A stretch of 64,000 nucleotides of DNA from Takakia lepidozioides (Eukaryota > Plantae > Bryophyta): assembly GCA_030704615.1 (NCBI GenBank), contig CM060731.1:37200001-37264000 (forward strand). The letters are read 5' to 3'. Both the position numbers and the translations under genes were made by a program. Under the pieces are notes generated by a model that ran no database searches, had not been told where the DNA came from, and saw only the letters and a list, made by a program, of their open reading frames with translations. This document shows positions 26,558-37,309 of the stretch, piece by piece; the stretch's first letter is position 1; each line of letters begins with the position of its first letter.

Positions 26558-26763
26558 GGAGCTGCTCTAGTTACGCACAAACCTGTTCGGCATCTTTGAT
26601 TTTGGACATGCCTGTATATTGCTCATTGTGTGGCTTCAGATTGAGTCCACCGTGACTTGCAAGCACTCTCCCATGAATGAGCCTGTCCAAGCTTTTATGC
26701 ACTTGGAGTTTCTCGCATGCATGTGTCAATGTGCAGCGGCGGTGAGAGAAGAAGGCACGAGCC

Positions 26764-27088
26764 ATGCCGGCAGGTCATGGATTGCGATCGCGCACCAGGG
26801 ATCTGTTCTCGCAGCCATTCAAGCAGAAGGGGTACATTCACTTGACCATGTATCTGAGAAACTACAGGATTGGAGATTATGTGGACATCAAGGTGAATGG
26901 CGCTGTGCACAAGGGCATGCCCCACAAGTTCTACCATGGCCGCACTGGTATCGTCTGGAATGTCACCAAGCGGGCTGTTGGTGTAGTTGTTAATAAGCAG
27001 GTTGGTCCCAGGATCATTCGGAAGCGCATCCATGTGCGCGTCGAGCATGTCCAGCCGTCCCACTGCCGTGAAGGAGTTTGTCCGCGCC
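26764..27088 (+). pseudogene. RPL21: Captured, intronless, 3'-truncated 60S ribosomal protein L21 (eL21) copy
   Basis: [16 protein letters not shown]...[39 protein letters not shown]. Homology stops after about 105 codons. Confidence 0.95.
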
Positions 27089-28394
27089 ACAACAGTGGCG
27101 CTTACTGCCGGTATTGTAGGTTTGTTTTGTTCCTCCTAAGTAGGGCATGAAAACACCGTGTTCTAAGGTTTCTCCTAGTGCATTGAAGCTACTTGGCAGG
27201 GTTGGCTTGTTCTGAGGAGGCTGGCTGCTGAGCCGCATTTTGTTGGTTTTCTGAGACCACTCCAAGCTCGCAGCTTATAGATATAAGCAGCACGCCTTCT
27301 GCTCCATGGGTAGATCTATGGTCGCCCGAAGTGTTTCAACATTCTATTGCCTATGGGATTGTAGGCAGAAATCCAAAAACCGAAAACAGAGATGAGGAGA
27401 AGCTCTGGATTCATGATGCAACTGGCAGGTGGATGTCACTGCAGAGGTGAGAAAAATACTGATGGCCAGTGGAAGGGAGCAGGTCACTGCTGCGTTGAGG
27501 GTTGCAAAAGGGTGTGCACCTTCATTGTAGATAAACGAGGCTCTTTGGACCCTTTAACGAGGCTTGGAGTTGGACGTTTTGAAGCTGGTTCCATGTCCAG
27601 CGCATGCTGTTGGAGCACCTAGTAGCCCATCCACAATTGCAGTGGGGGCTGAGAGCTGGTGCCTTCGAGGATTTGGTGGTTCGGAGTACGAGCTGCCTTC
27701 GTTGTTGTTGATGGTGCTGGAGAATCGCTTGAGACAAGGGCCTGCGGGTACAAGCCTTGCTGGTGTGAGAGCTGCTGCAGGCAGTAGAGTCGGGCAGTAA
27801 AGTCGGCTGTTGGTGAGACGAGATAGAAGCACTTTGGGTCTTCAATCCTGAGTGCCTCAGTACTTGAGCGTTGTCGGCACCAGCTTGATTTTGCATAGAC
27901 CTGGAGGGGAACGGCCTCGGGAACCCGTAGATAACCAGGGAACAGGGAACCAAGACAAGTATTGAAAAAGAAAAAGAAAAAGGAGTTTTCTTTGTATTTG
28001 TTCTGTCTTATTTTATTTTTTTAAAAGGAAAAGAAAAGAAAAATGTGTTATGTTTAAAGAGCCTGGTTGGTCATATCTTTGTCAAATGAGTTCCGTTTGA
28101 CTCAGTTTTTGAGGGGATAGCTGCAGAAATGGGATATCTACCTATCTAGACCTAGTTTTTGTTTTTGGGACTCTGCTAAAAATCTATGGAATTTTTAGAG
28201 TGTGAATGTGCCATGAAAGATCCACAATCCTGTTTCTAGAACCTGTTCTGGTCTACATGAGAGATAAATCTGGGGATGTACTCCTTGTATGGCTGGGGGA
28301 AATGAGGACGTAATTGAAGGGCAGGTCTCATCTCTTAGCCTGTGCACACAAGGGGACAAGATTTATGTTTCCCAAGGAACTCAGACTGATTTGA

Positions 28395-29000
28395 GTGGAG
28401 CAATTGGACGAGTTGATTGCATACTGGGAGTCAGGCATTAGCAATAGACAACAGACTGCTGTAGTTGGCGTTGAGGGCCTCAATATCGCTTTGGACAGAC
28501 AGAACTCTGTTGGAGCCAGCAGTTCTGCAGCTGTAAGTGAAATACCAAAGTGGTTGAAAGCTAGGCCTGGAACACAGCCAAAGACAGCCCCAGGGACCAA
28601 GGTGTTCAGCCACAAGGCTGTGGTGTACTGGAGCAGAGGAGCAGGAGCTACACAAGTTTGTGCAATCAGACAGCGTTGCAGCCGGACACGCTCTGCACAA
28701 GGCAACCACGAGCGGGGGTTCATTAGCGAGGACAAGTTTGTTCTGTTTGAAGGAGATGCAGTCATTCGCAATGAGGACACCCGCAACCGTCTCAAAGCTT
28801 TCGAGTTGAGAGACTATCAGACCCTACCTTTGTTTTCTTTAGTGTTCAGTGAGCGGGAGATAGCAGAGTGTTGCTTTGTCTCTACCTGGCAGAAAGAGGA
28901 GGAGGGTTGGTTAGAGCGAGCTACTGTAGCTTGGGACAAGGTTAGTGGCAGGTTTCTGGACATAGATATACCTCCTACACCTTACCATCATGCAGAGTGA
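28395..29000 (+). CDS. Unknown 201-aa ORF upstream of gag, inside the retrotransposon
   Basis: Open frame on the element's sense strand with protein-like composition. No motif recognised. Confidence 0.45.
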   Translation: MEQLDELIAYWESGISNRQQTAVVGVEGLNIALDRQNSVGASSSAAVSEIPKWLKARPGTQPKTAPGTKVFSHKAVVYWSRGAGATQVCAIRQRCSRTRSAQGNHERGFISEDKFVLFEGDAVIRNEDTRNRLKAFELRDYQTLPLFSLVFSEREIAECCFVSTWQKEEEGWLERATVAWDKVSGRFLDIDIPPTPYHHAE

Positions 29001-29556
29001 GGCACTTTGAGAGAAGTCTGGAAGTTGATAGCATAAATCAGGATTAGATCTTGTTTGGGCGGGCTTCTATTCTTCCCCTCCATCTCTGTACTATTTTCAT
29101 TACCTTGTACTCGTAGTTGCCAAAGCCTCTCTTGGTGGAGGCCAGTCAGTCCGGGGTTTTGGGCTGGGATATTCTGCAGGATCAGCATTGCAGCTGGATT
29201 TTGGTGTGGGGGTGTTGATGTTTTGATTTCTTGTGTTTGGATCCCCCCCAACACCTACATGCTTGACTGTGCGCCATGTTGGTTTTGTGTGGGCGCTTGC
29301 TTTCATAGGGATTAGGCCGGATTTGATCACCGGTCAATCCTAGAGTATGCTGTCGGTGGTGAAGCTGGAGTGATGACCAGCAAGACCACCAGTGTTTCTT
29401 CTATGGTGAGGCTGGGTTGATGACCAGCCAACCATAGGAGTTCTTGCGGTGGATGCAGGTGCAGGTGCCCTGAGCCATTGGGATATGACCCTTAAACTGC
29501 AACAGGTGCCCACCCGTGTCACTATTAGAATTAGTACTAGAGCCCTATAGTGTCAC

Positions 29557-31700
29557 GTGGGGGAGGTGCACATTGTGAGTGTCATCACGGAGTTACCCAA
29601 GGGTTTGGAGGGGAGTACGGCTACAGGCAGTAGCAGTGAGAGTGGGTTCACCAGACGAGGTGTTCGTTTCAGACCACCTTCACCTCCACCCTCAATTAGT
29701 GCAGAGTCAGACACAGACTCGGAGGCTTCATCAACAGGTGTGCAGTTTCATTCGCCATTGTTGTGGGACGACATGGAGGAGATGTATGGAGCTACCAAGG
29801 GGCCTCGTAGGTACTCTGGAGCTGTGGGCACAATCGAGTTGGATGACTTTATCCAGGAGTTCGACACTGGTGTGATTTGCAGTAGATGCACAATCCACAG
29901 CTATTCACCCCATTCATGGCGTGGAAGGGACTGTTCCAGCATTTGGAAGGCCCGCCTATGGACGATTACCACGAGTTCAGGCAAGGACATGAAGCAGAGA
30001 TTGAGGAGTGGAGGATTTATTGGTCACCTGACTACGTCTCCATTACTCGAGGCACGACGCGACCAGTAGCTGCATCAGTACCAATATCTCCCACTGCCAG
30101 CACTAGTAGTGGAACAAGTAGTGCCGGTACTTCTACAGGTGGTACTAGTTCAAAAGGTGCTACTACTCCTCCTGCCACGACTACAACACATGTGCCTAGA
30201 TTCAACCCGGTGGTGGAGTTCTTTCAGGAGTTGCAGAGGAACTACCAAGGTGTACGGACAGAGAAGCTGCGAAGTTTGCAAGACTTCCAGCGCAAACCCA
30301 GTGAGAGCTTGCGAGAGGCCTACACTCGTATGAGGCGCTTGATAAGTGTGACCCAAGGGGTTACTGAAGCTCAGGCAATCCAGCTCTGGTATGGAATTTT
30401 GGACAAGGAGCTCAGGAGAAGGGTGCGGGATGCAACCCTGTTACAAGCAGCCCAACCCACATTAGCAGATGTGTTTCTGCTGGCTGAGCGGATTGAGCTC
30501 AACATGGTGGAGGAGCGAGTTGTTACCATTGGGTTTGGCAAGGACATATCTGCACGAGGCGCAGCTGCCAGCCCACAGGCACAAGGGACTGCCCAACAGC
30601 GTGGTCAGGGGGGCAAGGTTTCCCAACCCAAGTTCCATGGAGCTTACAGGGGACCTCAGGTGCAGAGGCCCGTGGCATCTTTTGCAGGCCAACAGCAACC
30701 AGAGGTGATATGTTGGACATGTGGAGGACCCCATGTCAAGAGAGATTGCCCAGAGAGTGGCAAAAAGGCCGGCACAAACACAGCCTACACAGTTGCAGTG
30801 TGGGCATTGTGGCAAGTATGGGCATGGAGATGCCCAGTGTTATGACTTGCATCCTGAGTTGCGCCCTGGCCAGTTCCAATGGAACAATGGTGGCCGGGGG
30901 CGAGGTGGACCAGCCCAGAGAGGACGAGGTGGTCGGGCACGAGGTGCAGGCCAAGGGCAAGCTCAACATGGCCAAGGACGCGGAGGTCAGGGTGTTGACC
31001 AAGGCATGGCCAACCGGCTTCAGCAGCTAGAGCAGAGGCTCGCTGCCATGGCTACAGCTCAGGCGGTACCGGCTCCCAGGCGGGATGGTCCACCTCCTGT
31101 TCCTGAGGGAGGAGATATGGGAGGCATGGGATTCATGTGCGGAGCAGCACTACCACTAGAGCAGGTGGAGTCTGCTGCAGCCGTGACTCGAGGAACAGCA
31201 CGAGTTCCTGAGCCACGAGGTGTAGAGGTGGAGTTGGATCCACAACGTGGGGAGGCAAGCCGTCAGGCGAGGCTGCCTCAGTCATTCACCTTGGCGGAGA
31301 CAATGTCAACGCCATCCATGGCACCTAGTTCTCGCCCGACTGTTACCGAGGCGGAGGTTTCTATGCCATTGGGGAGAGCTACACGTGCAGCACTGACACC
31401 TACTGCCAAGATTAGTGCAGCCGGTGTGTTGTTGGGGGCAGCCACCTCTATGTGTCAAGCCCCACTGTTCTCGGCAACCATGATTGTGACGCCGGGGGTA
31501 AGACCAGCTGCAGTGTTCAGACTAGCAGCAATACTCTGTGAGAGTGGGGAGGTCACTTCATCTTCTGCGGAGTTACTGGAAGGTGTAGTGGCAGAGGGAT
31601 CCTCGGATTTGAGGGTCAAGACTGCCACGGCTGCGCCATGGCAAGCTGCAGCTGCCAGGTTGACGGAGCTGCCAGCTAGGCCAGCCTTTGAACGCGCATA
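29557..31700 (+). pseudogene. gag: gag with two CCHC zinc knuckles and an RGG/Q-rich region (frameshifted)
   Basis: FQRKPSESLREAYTRMRRL, CWTCGGPHVKRDC, CGHCGKYGHGDAQC. Confidence 0.85.
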
Positions 31701-32150
31701 GTGACACCTGCAGTTGTCTTGTTAGACAACCAGGATGGCATTTTCTCTTTGAGTGGACCGGCAGGCAAGAAGTACCGGCCACTGCGGGTCTTGTTGGACT
31801 CGGGAGCTCAGCCACTGATGTTGGGTAGAGTTGCTATTGCAGGTTTGGGCCTCATGGAGGCGGATATGGAGCCTTGTCCTTTCCAGATACAGACATCTCT
31901 GGGAGGATCAGAGCAGGCTCGGGGCATGACACGGCATCAGTTGGCCATTAGACTATAGCCGGATCATCCTATCGATGGCTCAGTAATGCGAGCCAAGGCC
32001 ATTGTGACAGACGCGGTCTCTTATGATGTCCTCGTTGGTGGGGCAGTGTTATACCCCATGGGCTTCACCCTGGACTTTTGGGAGGAGTCAGCATTCTACA
32101 GGCCTGGATGGCAGTCAGGGGATGGTCGTCATGCACAGCTCCCTGTGACA
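31701..32150 (+). pseudogene. Aspartic protease domain of pol
   Basis: VLLDSGAQPLML ... YDVLVGGAVL. Confidence 0.85.
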
Positions 32151-32510
32151 TTCATTGGGGGTATTGCGGCTGCCCAACGGGGCAAGATGCCAACACTAGC
32201 CGCCTTTACAGCTGCAGTTAGTTGGCCTGGAGAGTTGCTGGAAGGCAATGCCCATGCAGAGGATGTGCCACCTCCAGCATAGCAGGATGACATGCATGGT
32301 ATGGCGGAGTTGCCTGCCATGGTTGCTCACACTCCATTGTGGGGTACGAGCAAGGATTTGCAGCAGGTTACTGATCGACGGGTGCAACAAGCCTGGGTAG
32401 AGGCTTTTGTACCATCAGGAGAGGAGGAGAGTGCGGGTATTGCACCAGGACCACCTCACTTGTCACCATTGGATACCACACCTATTGTGTGGCAGTATCC
32501 GGATGAAGGC

Positions 32511-33450
32511 ATTTGCCTTCTGGACTTGTTTGGCGGGATCAGCACCGGATTGGCTACTGTGCTACAGGCAGGTGTGCGGGTAAGGCGTTACCTGTATGTG
32601 GAGAGGGATGAGACTGCACGACGCGTCTCACTGCGCCATGTTGCTCAGTTGGTACAGCAGTACCCTGCTTTGTTACCAGTGTCTGCAGTTCGTGGATACC
32701 AACAAGCCTTGCCAGCAGACATTTTTTGCTGGGGCGCCGGATTTGGAGCAGGTTGGCTCCATTGATCTGGTAGTGGCAGGTTGGCCCTGCCAAGGGTATT
32801 CATCAGCCAGGCATGACAATGGATTGCGAGACTCAAGGACGGGTCTGTTTTGGGAGATGGTGCGGATTTTGCGCCACTTGCAGCTTCATCAAGCTGTAAT
32901 GCCAGCATACATCTTGGAGAATGTGCCACTGATGGGCGATTCTCGGGCCAGGATGATGGCCAGTGTGCATCAAGTCCGGTCGTGGCTTGGGTTAGCAGTG
33001 CTGCTGGATGCAGCTGCAGTGGGATCACGGGCTCATCGTCCACGGCTATGGTGGACTAACTTGATGCCACCCGCACTGCTCAAGCGTGCATTTGATGGGG
33101 TGCAGCGGCCAACACACCTCATATTGGACAGCATTTTGGACACATGGAGGCAGTCTCAACGTGTGAGACACGATGACCGTTCGCCTTTGGCAGTGGTCAA
33201 CAGGGTGGGTCAACCACGAGCAGCATTACCTACACTACTCAGCTTCCCAGGATCCCATGCTTTTCGGGATGGTGGACCTGGCCTCCTGTGGGATGATCAG
33301 TTGCAACAGTTAGTGGAGCCTAATGCTGACGAGCGAGAGCGGGCTATGGGATTTTCCACTAGGACCACGGCGGTGCCTTCTCTTTCTGAGGCATCACGTC
33401 GTCAGGTGTTGGGGCAAGCAATGGATCTCAATTGCTTGACCTGGATGGCT
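32511..33450 (+). pseudogene. C5 DNA cytosine methyltransferase domain (DNMT3-like) embedded in pol; one frameshift near 32725
   Basis: Motif I LDLFGGISTG, II YVERD, IV DLVVAGWPCQG (PC at 32785-32790), VI ILENV (32917), VIII AHRPRLWWTN (33037), IX ERERAMGF, X RRQVLGQAM. The order is canonical I-X. Confidence 0.95.
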
Positions 33451-33849
33451 GAGCAACGTAGAGTGCGGAGTGCACTTCCCTTGACGGTCTCTCTGCCTAC
33501 CGAGATGGTACAGGCAGCGAGTGGGGGCGAGCCGGTGAGGACCACGGGGTGTGACATCCATGGCACACGTGGGAGGTGCTCGAGGTTCAGAGGGAGTTGG
33601 CAGCCAAGGCAGCTGTGATGGATGAGGTTGGGGATTCTTCTCGGGATGAGGAGGTTCTCAATGATGAGATGATCAGGCAGGATGAGGCCTTGTCATCGAC
33701 TGAGCAGGAAGGGAGTACTGCTCGAGAGGTTGCAGCATAGCAACCACGGGACGCGTCCTCTACCTCTAAGCCCACTAGACTTAAGGTTGCAGTTACGGAG
33801 GACAATTGGGAGCCTGACATTGGACCCATTGTCACCGGAGGAGAGAGAC

Positions 33850-35066
33850 GACGTATACGACGGTTCCTGAGGGCTTACAAGAATTGCTTTGCCTTCAGTT
33901 TGAAGGACTTGGGAGCACTGAAGGGTCAAGAGATCCGTATTGAGTTGGGCACTGACACGCCAATCTTTCGGAGACCCTATAGATACAGTGACATGGAGAG
34001 GTCTTTGATTCAGATGAGGACTCAAGATCTCTGGGAGGCAGGTTTGGTGGAGCTCTCTGGTGGAGAGTATGCTTCAGCCACAGTGATGCCAGATAAGAAG
34101 AATGTCTATGGCAATTGGACGGAGAGACGTATGTGTGGTGATTACCGGCCTGTAAATCGTCAGACCAAGTCCGATAGGTATGCCATGCCGACACTAGAGG
34201 AGATCTTTGATGCCATTGGGCATTCCAAGGTCTTTAGCACGTTGGATTTACGATCCGGATATCACCAGTTGCCGATCAAGGAGGCGGATAAGCAAAAGAC
34301 GGCATTCTGGGGGATCAATGAGCACGGGAAGGATTGCCTATGCCAGTGGCGGTTCTTACCATTTGGGCTTAAAAACGCTCCCGCTGAGTTTCAAAGAGTC
34401 ATGGACAGGATTCTAGCAGGGGTGGAGTTGCTCGGTGCTACATAGATGACATCATCATCTTTAGTGCTACGGTGGAGGAGCATGAGAGACACCTTCAGGG
34501 GGTATTTGAGCGCTTGAGGGCGCACGGATTGAAGTTACAGCAGACTAAGGTAGAGTCCATTGCACAGGTTCCACGCCCCACGGATGTGAGCCGAGTTCGA
34601 GCTTTCATGGGGTTAGCAAACTATAACAGACGGTTTGTTAAGGGATTTAGTGCCATTGCAAAGGCTCTAACCAATCTGACCAAGGTGGACCAGGAATGGC
34701 AGTGGGAAGATGAGCAAGAACAGGTTTTTCAAGAGCTCAAGGCGAGGTTGACCTCGGCGCCATCTTGAGAGACGACCTATCAGGGGGCGTCCTTTTCAAC
34801 TGCATACAGATTGGAGCATGCTGGGGCTTGGAGCGGTGCTCACACAGGTGGATGATGAGGGAAGAGAGTCGTAGTGCTTATGCTAGCGCTCGAACAATGC
34901 TGCAGAGTCTAAATATAGCTCATATGAGGGAGAATGCTTAGCTGCAGTGTGGGCCGTGGCACACTTCAGGTGCTATCTATATGGCAATCTCTTCACCCTT
35001 GTCACGGATCACCAACCACTCAAGTGGTTGATGGAGTCAGACAAGCTTACGGGGAAGCTTGCACGG
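33850..35066 (+). pseudogene. pol: Reverse transcriptase and RNase H of the DNMT-bearing Gypsy element
   Basis: RMCGDYRPVN, LDLRSGYHQL, LPFGLKNAP, YIDD (~34439), FMGLANY, LHTDWS..GLGAVL, YSSYEGECLA, VTDHQPL. Internal deletion near 34540. Confidence 0.95.
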
Positions 35067-36120
35067 TGAGGAGTTGGGGCATTTTGGGGTGCGACGCACT
35101 CATAGTCTACTGCAGGGGCAGTATTGGTGGCGTGGTTATGCACACAGAGGTGCAACAATTTGTGGCTAGGTGCATGGTGTGTGACAGGGTGCGTGCTTCA
35201 TTCAACGCCCCTACTCCACAATTGCACCCTCTTCTGATCATGAGATTGGGCTACAGGTGGGAGTCTTGACTTCGCAGGGCCGTTGCCACTGACCATGCGC
35301 CACAACAAGTACATGTTGGTGATGGTGGAGCACTTCTCCAAGTGGATTGAATTGGTTCCATTGCCTGATAAGGCTAGTGAGGGAGCTGCGTATGCATTCT
35401 TGGATTGTGTGCTTAGCCGATTCGGTGCTCCAGCTGAGGTACTCACGGACCAAGGGAGAGAGTTCTTGGGGGAGTTTCAGGCTTTGTGCGACAAGGCCTT
35501 GATAGACCACCGCACCACTTCTCGGGATCATCCTGAGGCCGATGGCTTGGCAGAGAGATTTGTTCAGACAATAAAGAGGGGTTTGTGCAAGTATGGCTTG
35601 CAGAAGGGACACCTAGGAGATTGGGACTTCAGTTACCCTGGTTAGCCATGGGCTACAGGTTCAGCAAGCAAGCATCACTTGCCTCCTTCTCACCATACTT
35701 TCTTCTCTTTGGCCGAGAGCCGGATTTTCCTACATCCATTCGCAGAGAAGCTGCTACAGTTCTTACCTTGACGATCCGGACGTGTGCGCACGTGCATGTG
35801 AGCAACGTGCAGAGTTGTTCAAGAGAGTCAATGCCCATGGCTTTCGAGAACCTTGCCATTGCACAACACCGTGATACGTTGAGGTATGCTACCATACGTG
35901 GGGGGGCTATCGTCCCGGGGTTCGGAGATTCAACCCTGGTGACTATGTCTATCTGCAGCAAATGCTCCTACGACCTGGATGTGACTGCAAGACGTGTTAT
36001 TTTGAGGGTTCGAGAGGTCTTGCCTCAGGCGTCTTGGTCTGGAGGGTCGGGATGGCATAACTTGAAGGACCATCTGCGTAATTGTGCGCCATGTCACCTT
36101 CCGAATGTCGATGGCAGGAT
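35067..36120 (+). pseudogene. DDE integrase with C-terminal region
   Basis: YWW...CMVC, DFAGPLP, VEHFSKW, TDQGREF, HPEADGLAER, SPYFLLFGR. Confidence 0.92.
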
Positions 36121-36153
36121 TGACAAAGGCAGTGGTATCTGCAGGTTTTGAGG

Positions 36154-36288
36154 TGCATGTTGTGTGGGTCTGCTAAAAGGGGCAGCCACCATGTTGGGTG
36201 TGTGATCATGCTCTAGAGGTTGGCATATGGGATGCTTGACTCCCCTTCTTGAGATGGTTCGGATGGGGATTGGTTATGTCCACATTGC
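36154..36288 (+). pseudogene. PHD finger at the integrase C-terminus
   Basis: After correcting four 1-nt indels: CMLCGSAKGAATMLVCDxCSRGWHMGCLTPLLEMVxDGDWLCPHC, a C4HC3 pattern with the conserved W. Confidence 0.88.
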
Positions 36289-36570
36289 ATTGGATAGTGG
36301 GAGTGGATACAACCATGGAAGGCTAACAAAAAACGCAAGAGCCCAGCTACTAGGAGACCTTGAACACACGAGGTCCTGGCTCAAGTTCACAGATTGCAAG
36401 ACGGCGACTAACGATGGGGCTACTCTTGTACCCGGCCTCTTGGTCTATAGAGTTTGAGTGTGCAATAGCAGGGCATGTGATAGAGGACTTAGTACGGATG
36501 TGTGTGTGTGGTATACATCTTGTAGCTATCTGGAGGTAGAGGGGGGACTACCCACAGCTAGGGGGGCGAT

Positions 36571-37127
36571 TGTGCAGACTACTTTATTGTGCATATATGT
36601 GTGGTGTGGTTTGGACAGCGATTGTAGTTGTGTGTAGCGTATATATATGCGCATGACAGCTTGTCAAGTTAAATAAGCACAGTGTGAAAACGACTTGTTG
36701 TAGCATAAAGCTAGTTATTTGTAGGCTTAAACTTGTAACTTTGGTTTTTTGTAGTGTCAAGTGTTAATGTTTGTGGGTGTCAAGTTTAGTTTGACACCTG
36801 AACCGTCTTATCTTCACGAGAGCGGCAGTCGCGCAGCTCATCTCTCTCGAGTTGAGCCTGCGCGACCGAGCTCCTTCATGCGTTTAGATCTGAGTGTGCT
36901 TATGATGGGAGTGTAGGTGTGTTTTTGTGGGGTGGAGTTCCCATAGCTGTGGTGCCCTGGCTCGACTTCTATTTTTAAAGAGTGATAGCGATGGATTTCA
37001 TATTTCTTGTGTTGAGAGTGTGTTTTTAGCTTTCTTATCGATTGTGGCAGACTACTTTATTGTGCATATATGTGTGGTGTGGTTTGGACAGCGATGTAGA
37101 TGTGTAGCGATATGTATGCGCACGACA
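36571..37127 (+). repeat. 3' terminal repeat block B1 (36571-36658), A2 (36662-37039), B2 (37043-37127)
   Basis: B1 and B2 are near-identical (TGTG(G)CAGACTACTTT...GACA). A2 matches 25779-26131. The block is preceded by the PPT-like AGGGGGGCGAT. Confidence 0.9.
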
Positions 37128-37309
37128 GCGTTAAGTTGTAAGTTGAACTGTTGTAAGTTACAACAGATGAATGATTTGCAACGGTTTTTTAATAGCAATG
37201 CCTGAAACTTTCAAATTAGTCATGAAGAATGCCAACGCTTTTCACAAATTTCCTACGGATCTGCCTAAAATTCTGGATACATCAAAATAATTATTAGGGA
37301 TCTTTTTTA

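Larger units (their letters stand above)
25779..37127 (+). mobile_element. Ty3/Gypsy LTR retrotransposon encoding gag-PR-DNMT-RT-RH-IN-PHD, with captured host fragments and permuted terminal repeats
   Basis: Direct repeats 25779-26131 and 36662-37039. PPT-like G-run ends at 36570. Gypsy domain order RT-RH-IN. Outer termini TGTCA...GACA. Confidence 0.93.

Noticed and set aside
26764-27150. 128-aa ORF as a functional RPL21 gene
   Set aside because: Homology ends at about codon 105, the tail is unrelated, and it sits inside a retrotransposon leader.
32511-33450. Bacterial restriction-modification methylase or contamination
   Set aside because: It is continuous with Gypsy protease and RT on the same strand, its motifs are DNMT3-like, and the context is eukaryotic.
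25779-37127. DIRS/Ngaro classification from the A..BAB repeats
   Set aside because: A DDE integrase and protease are present, and no tyrosine recombinase motifs were seen.
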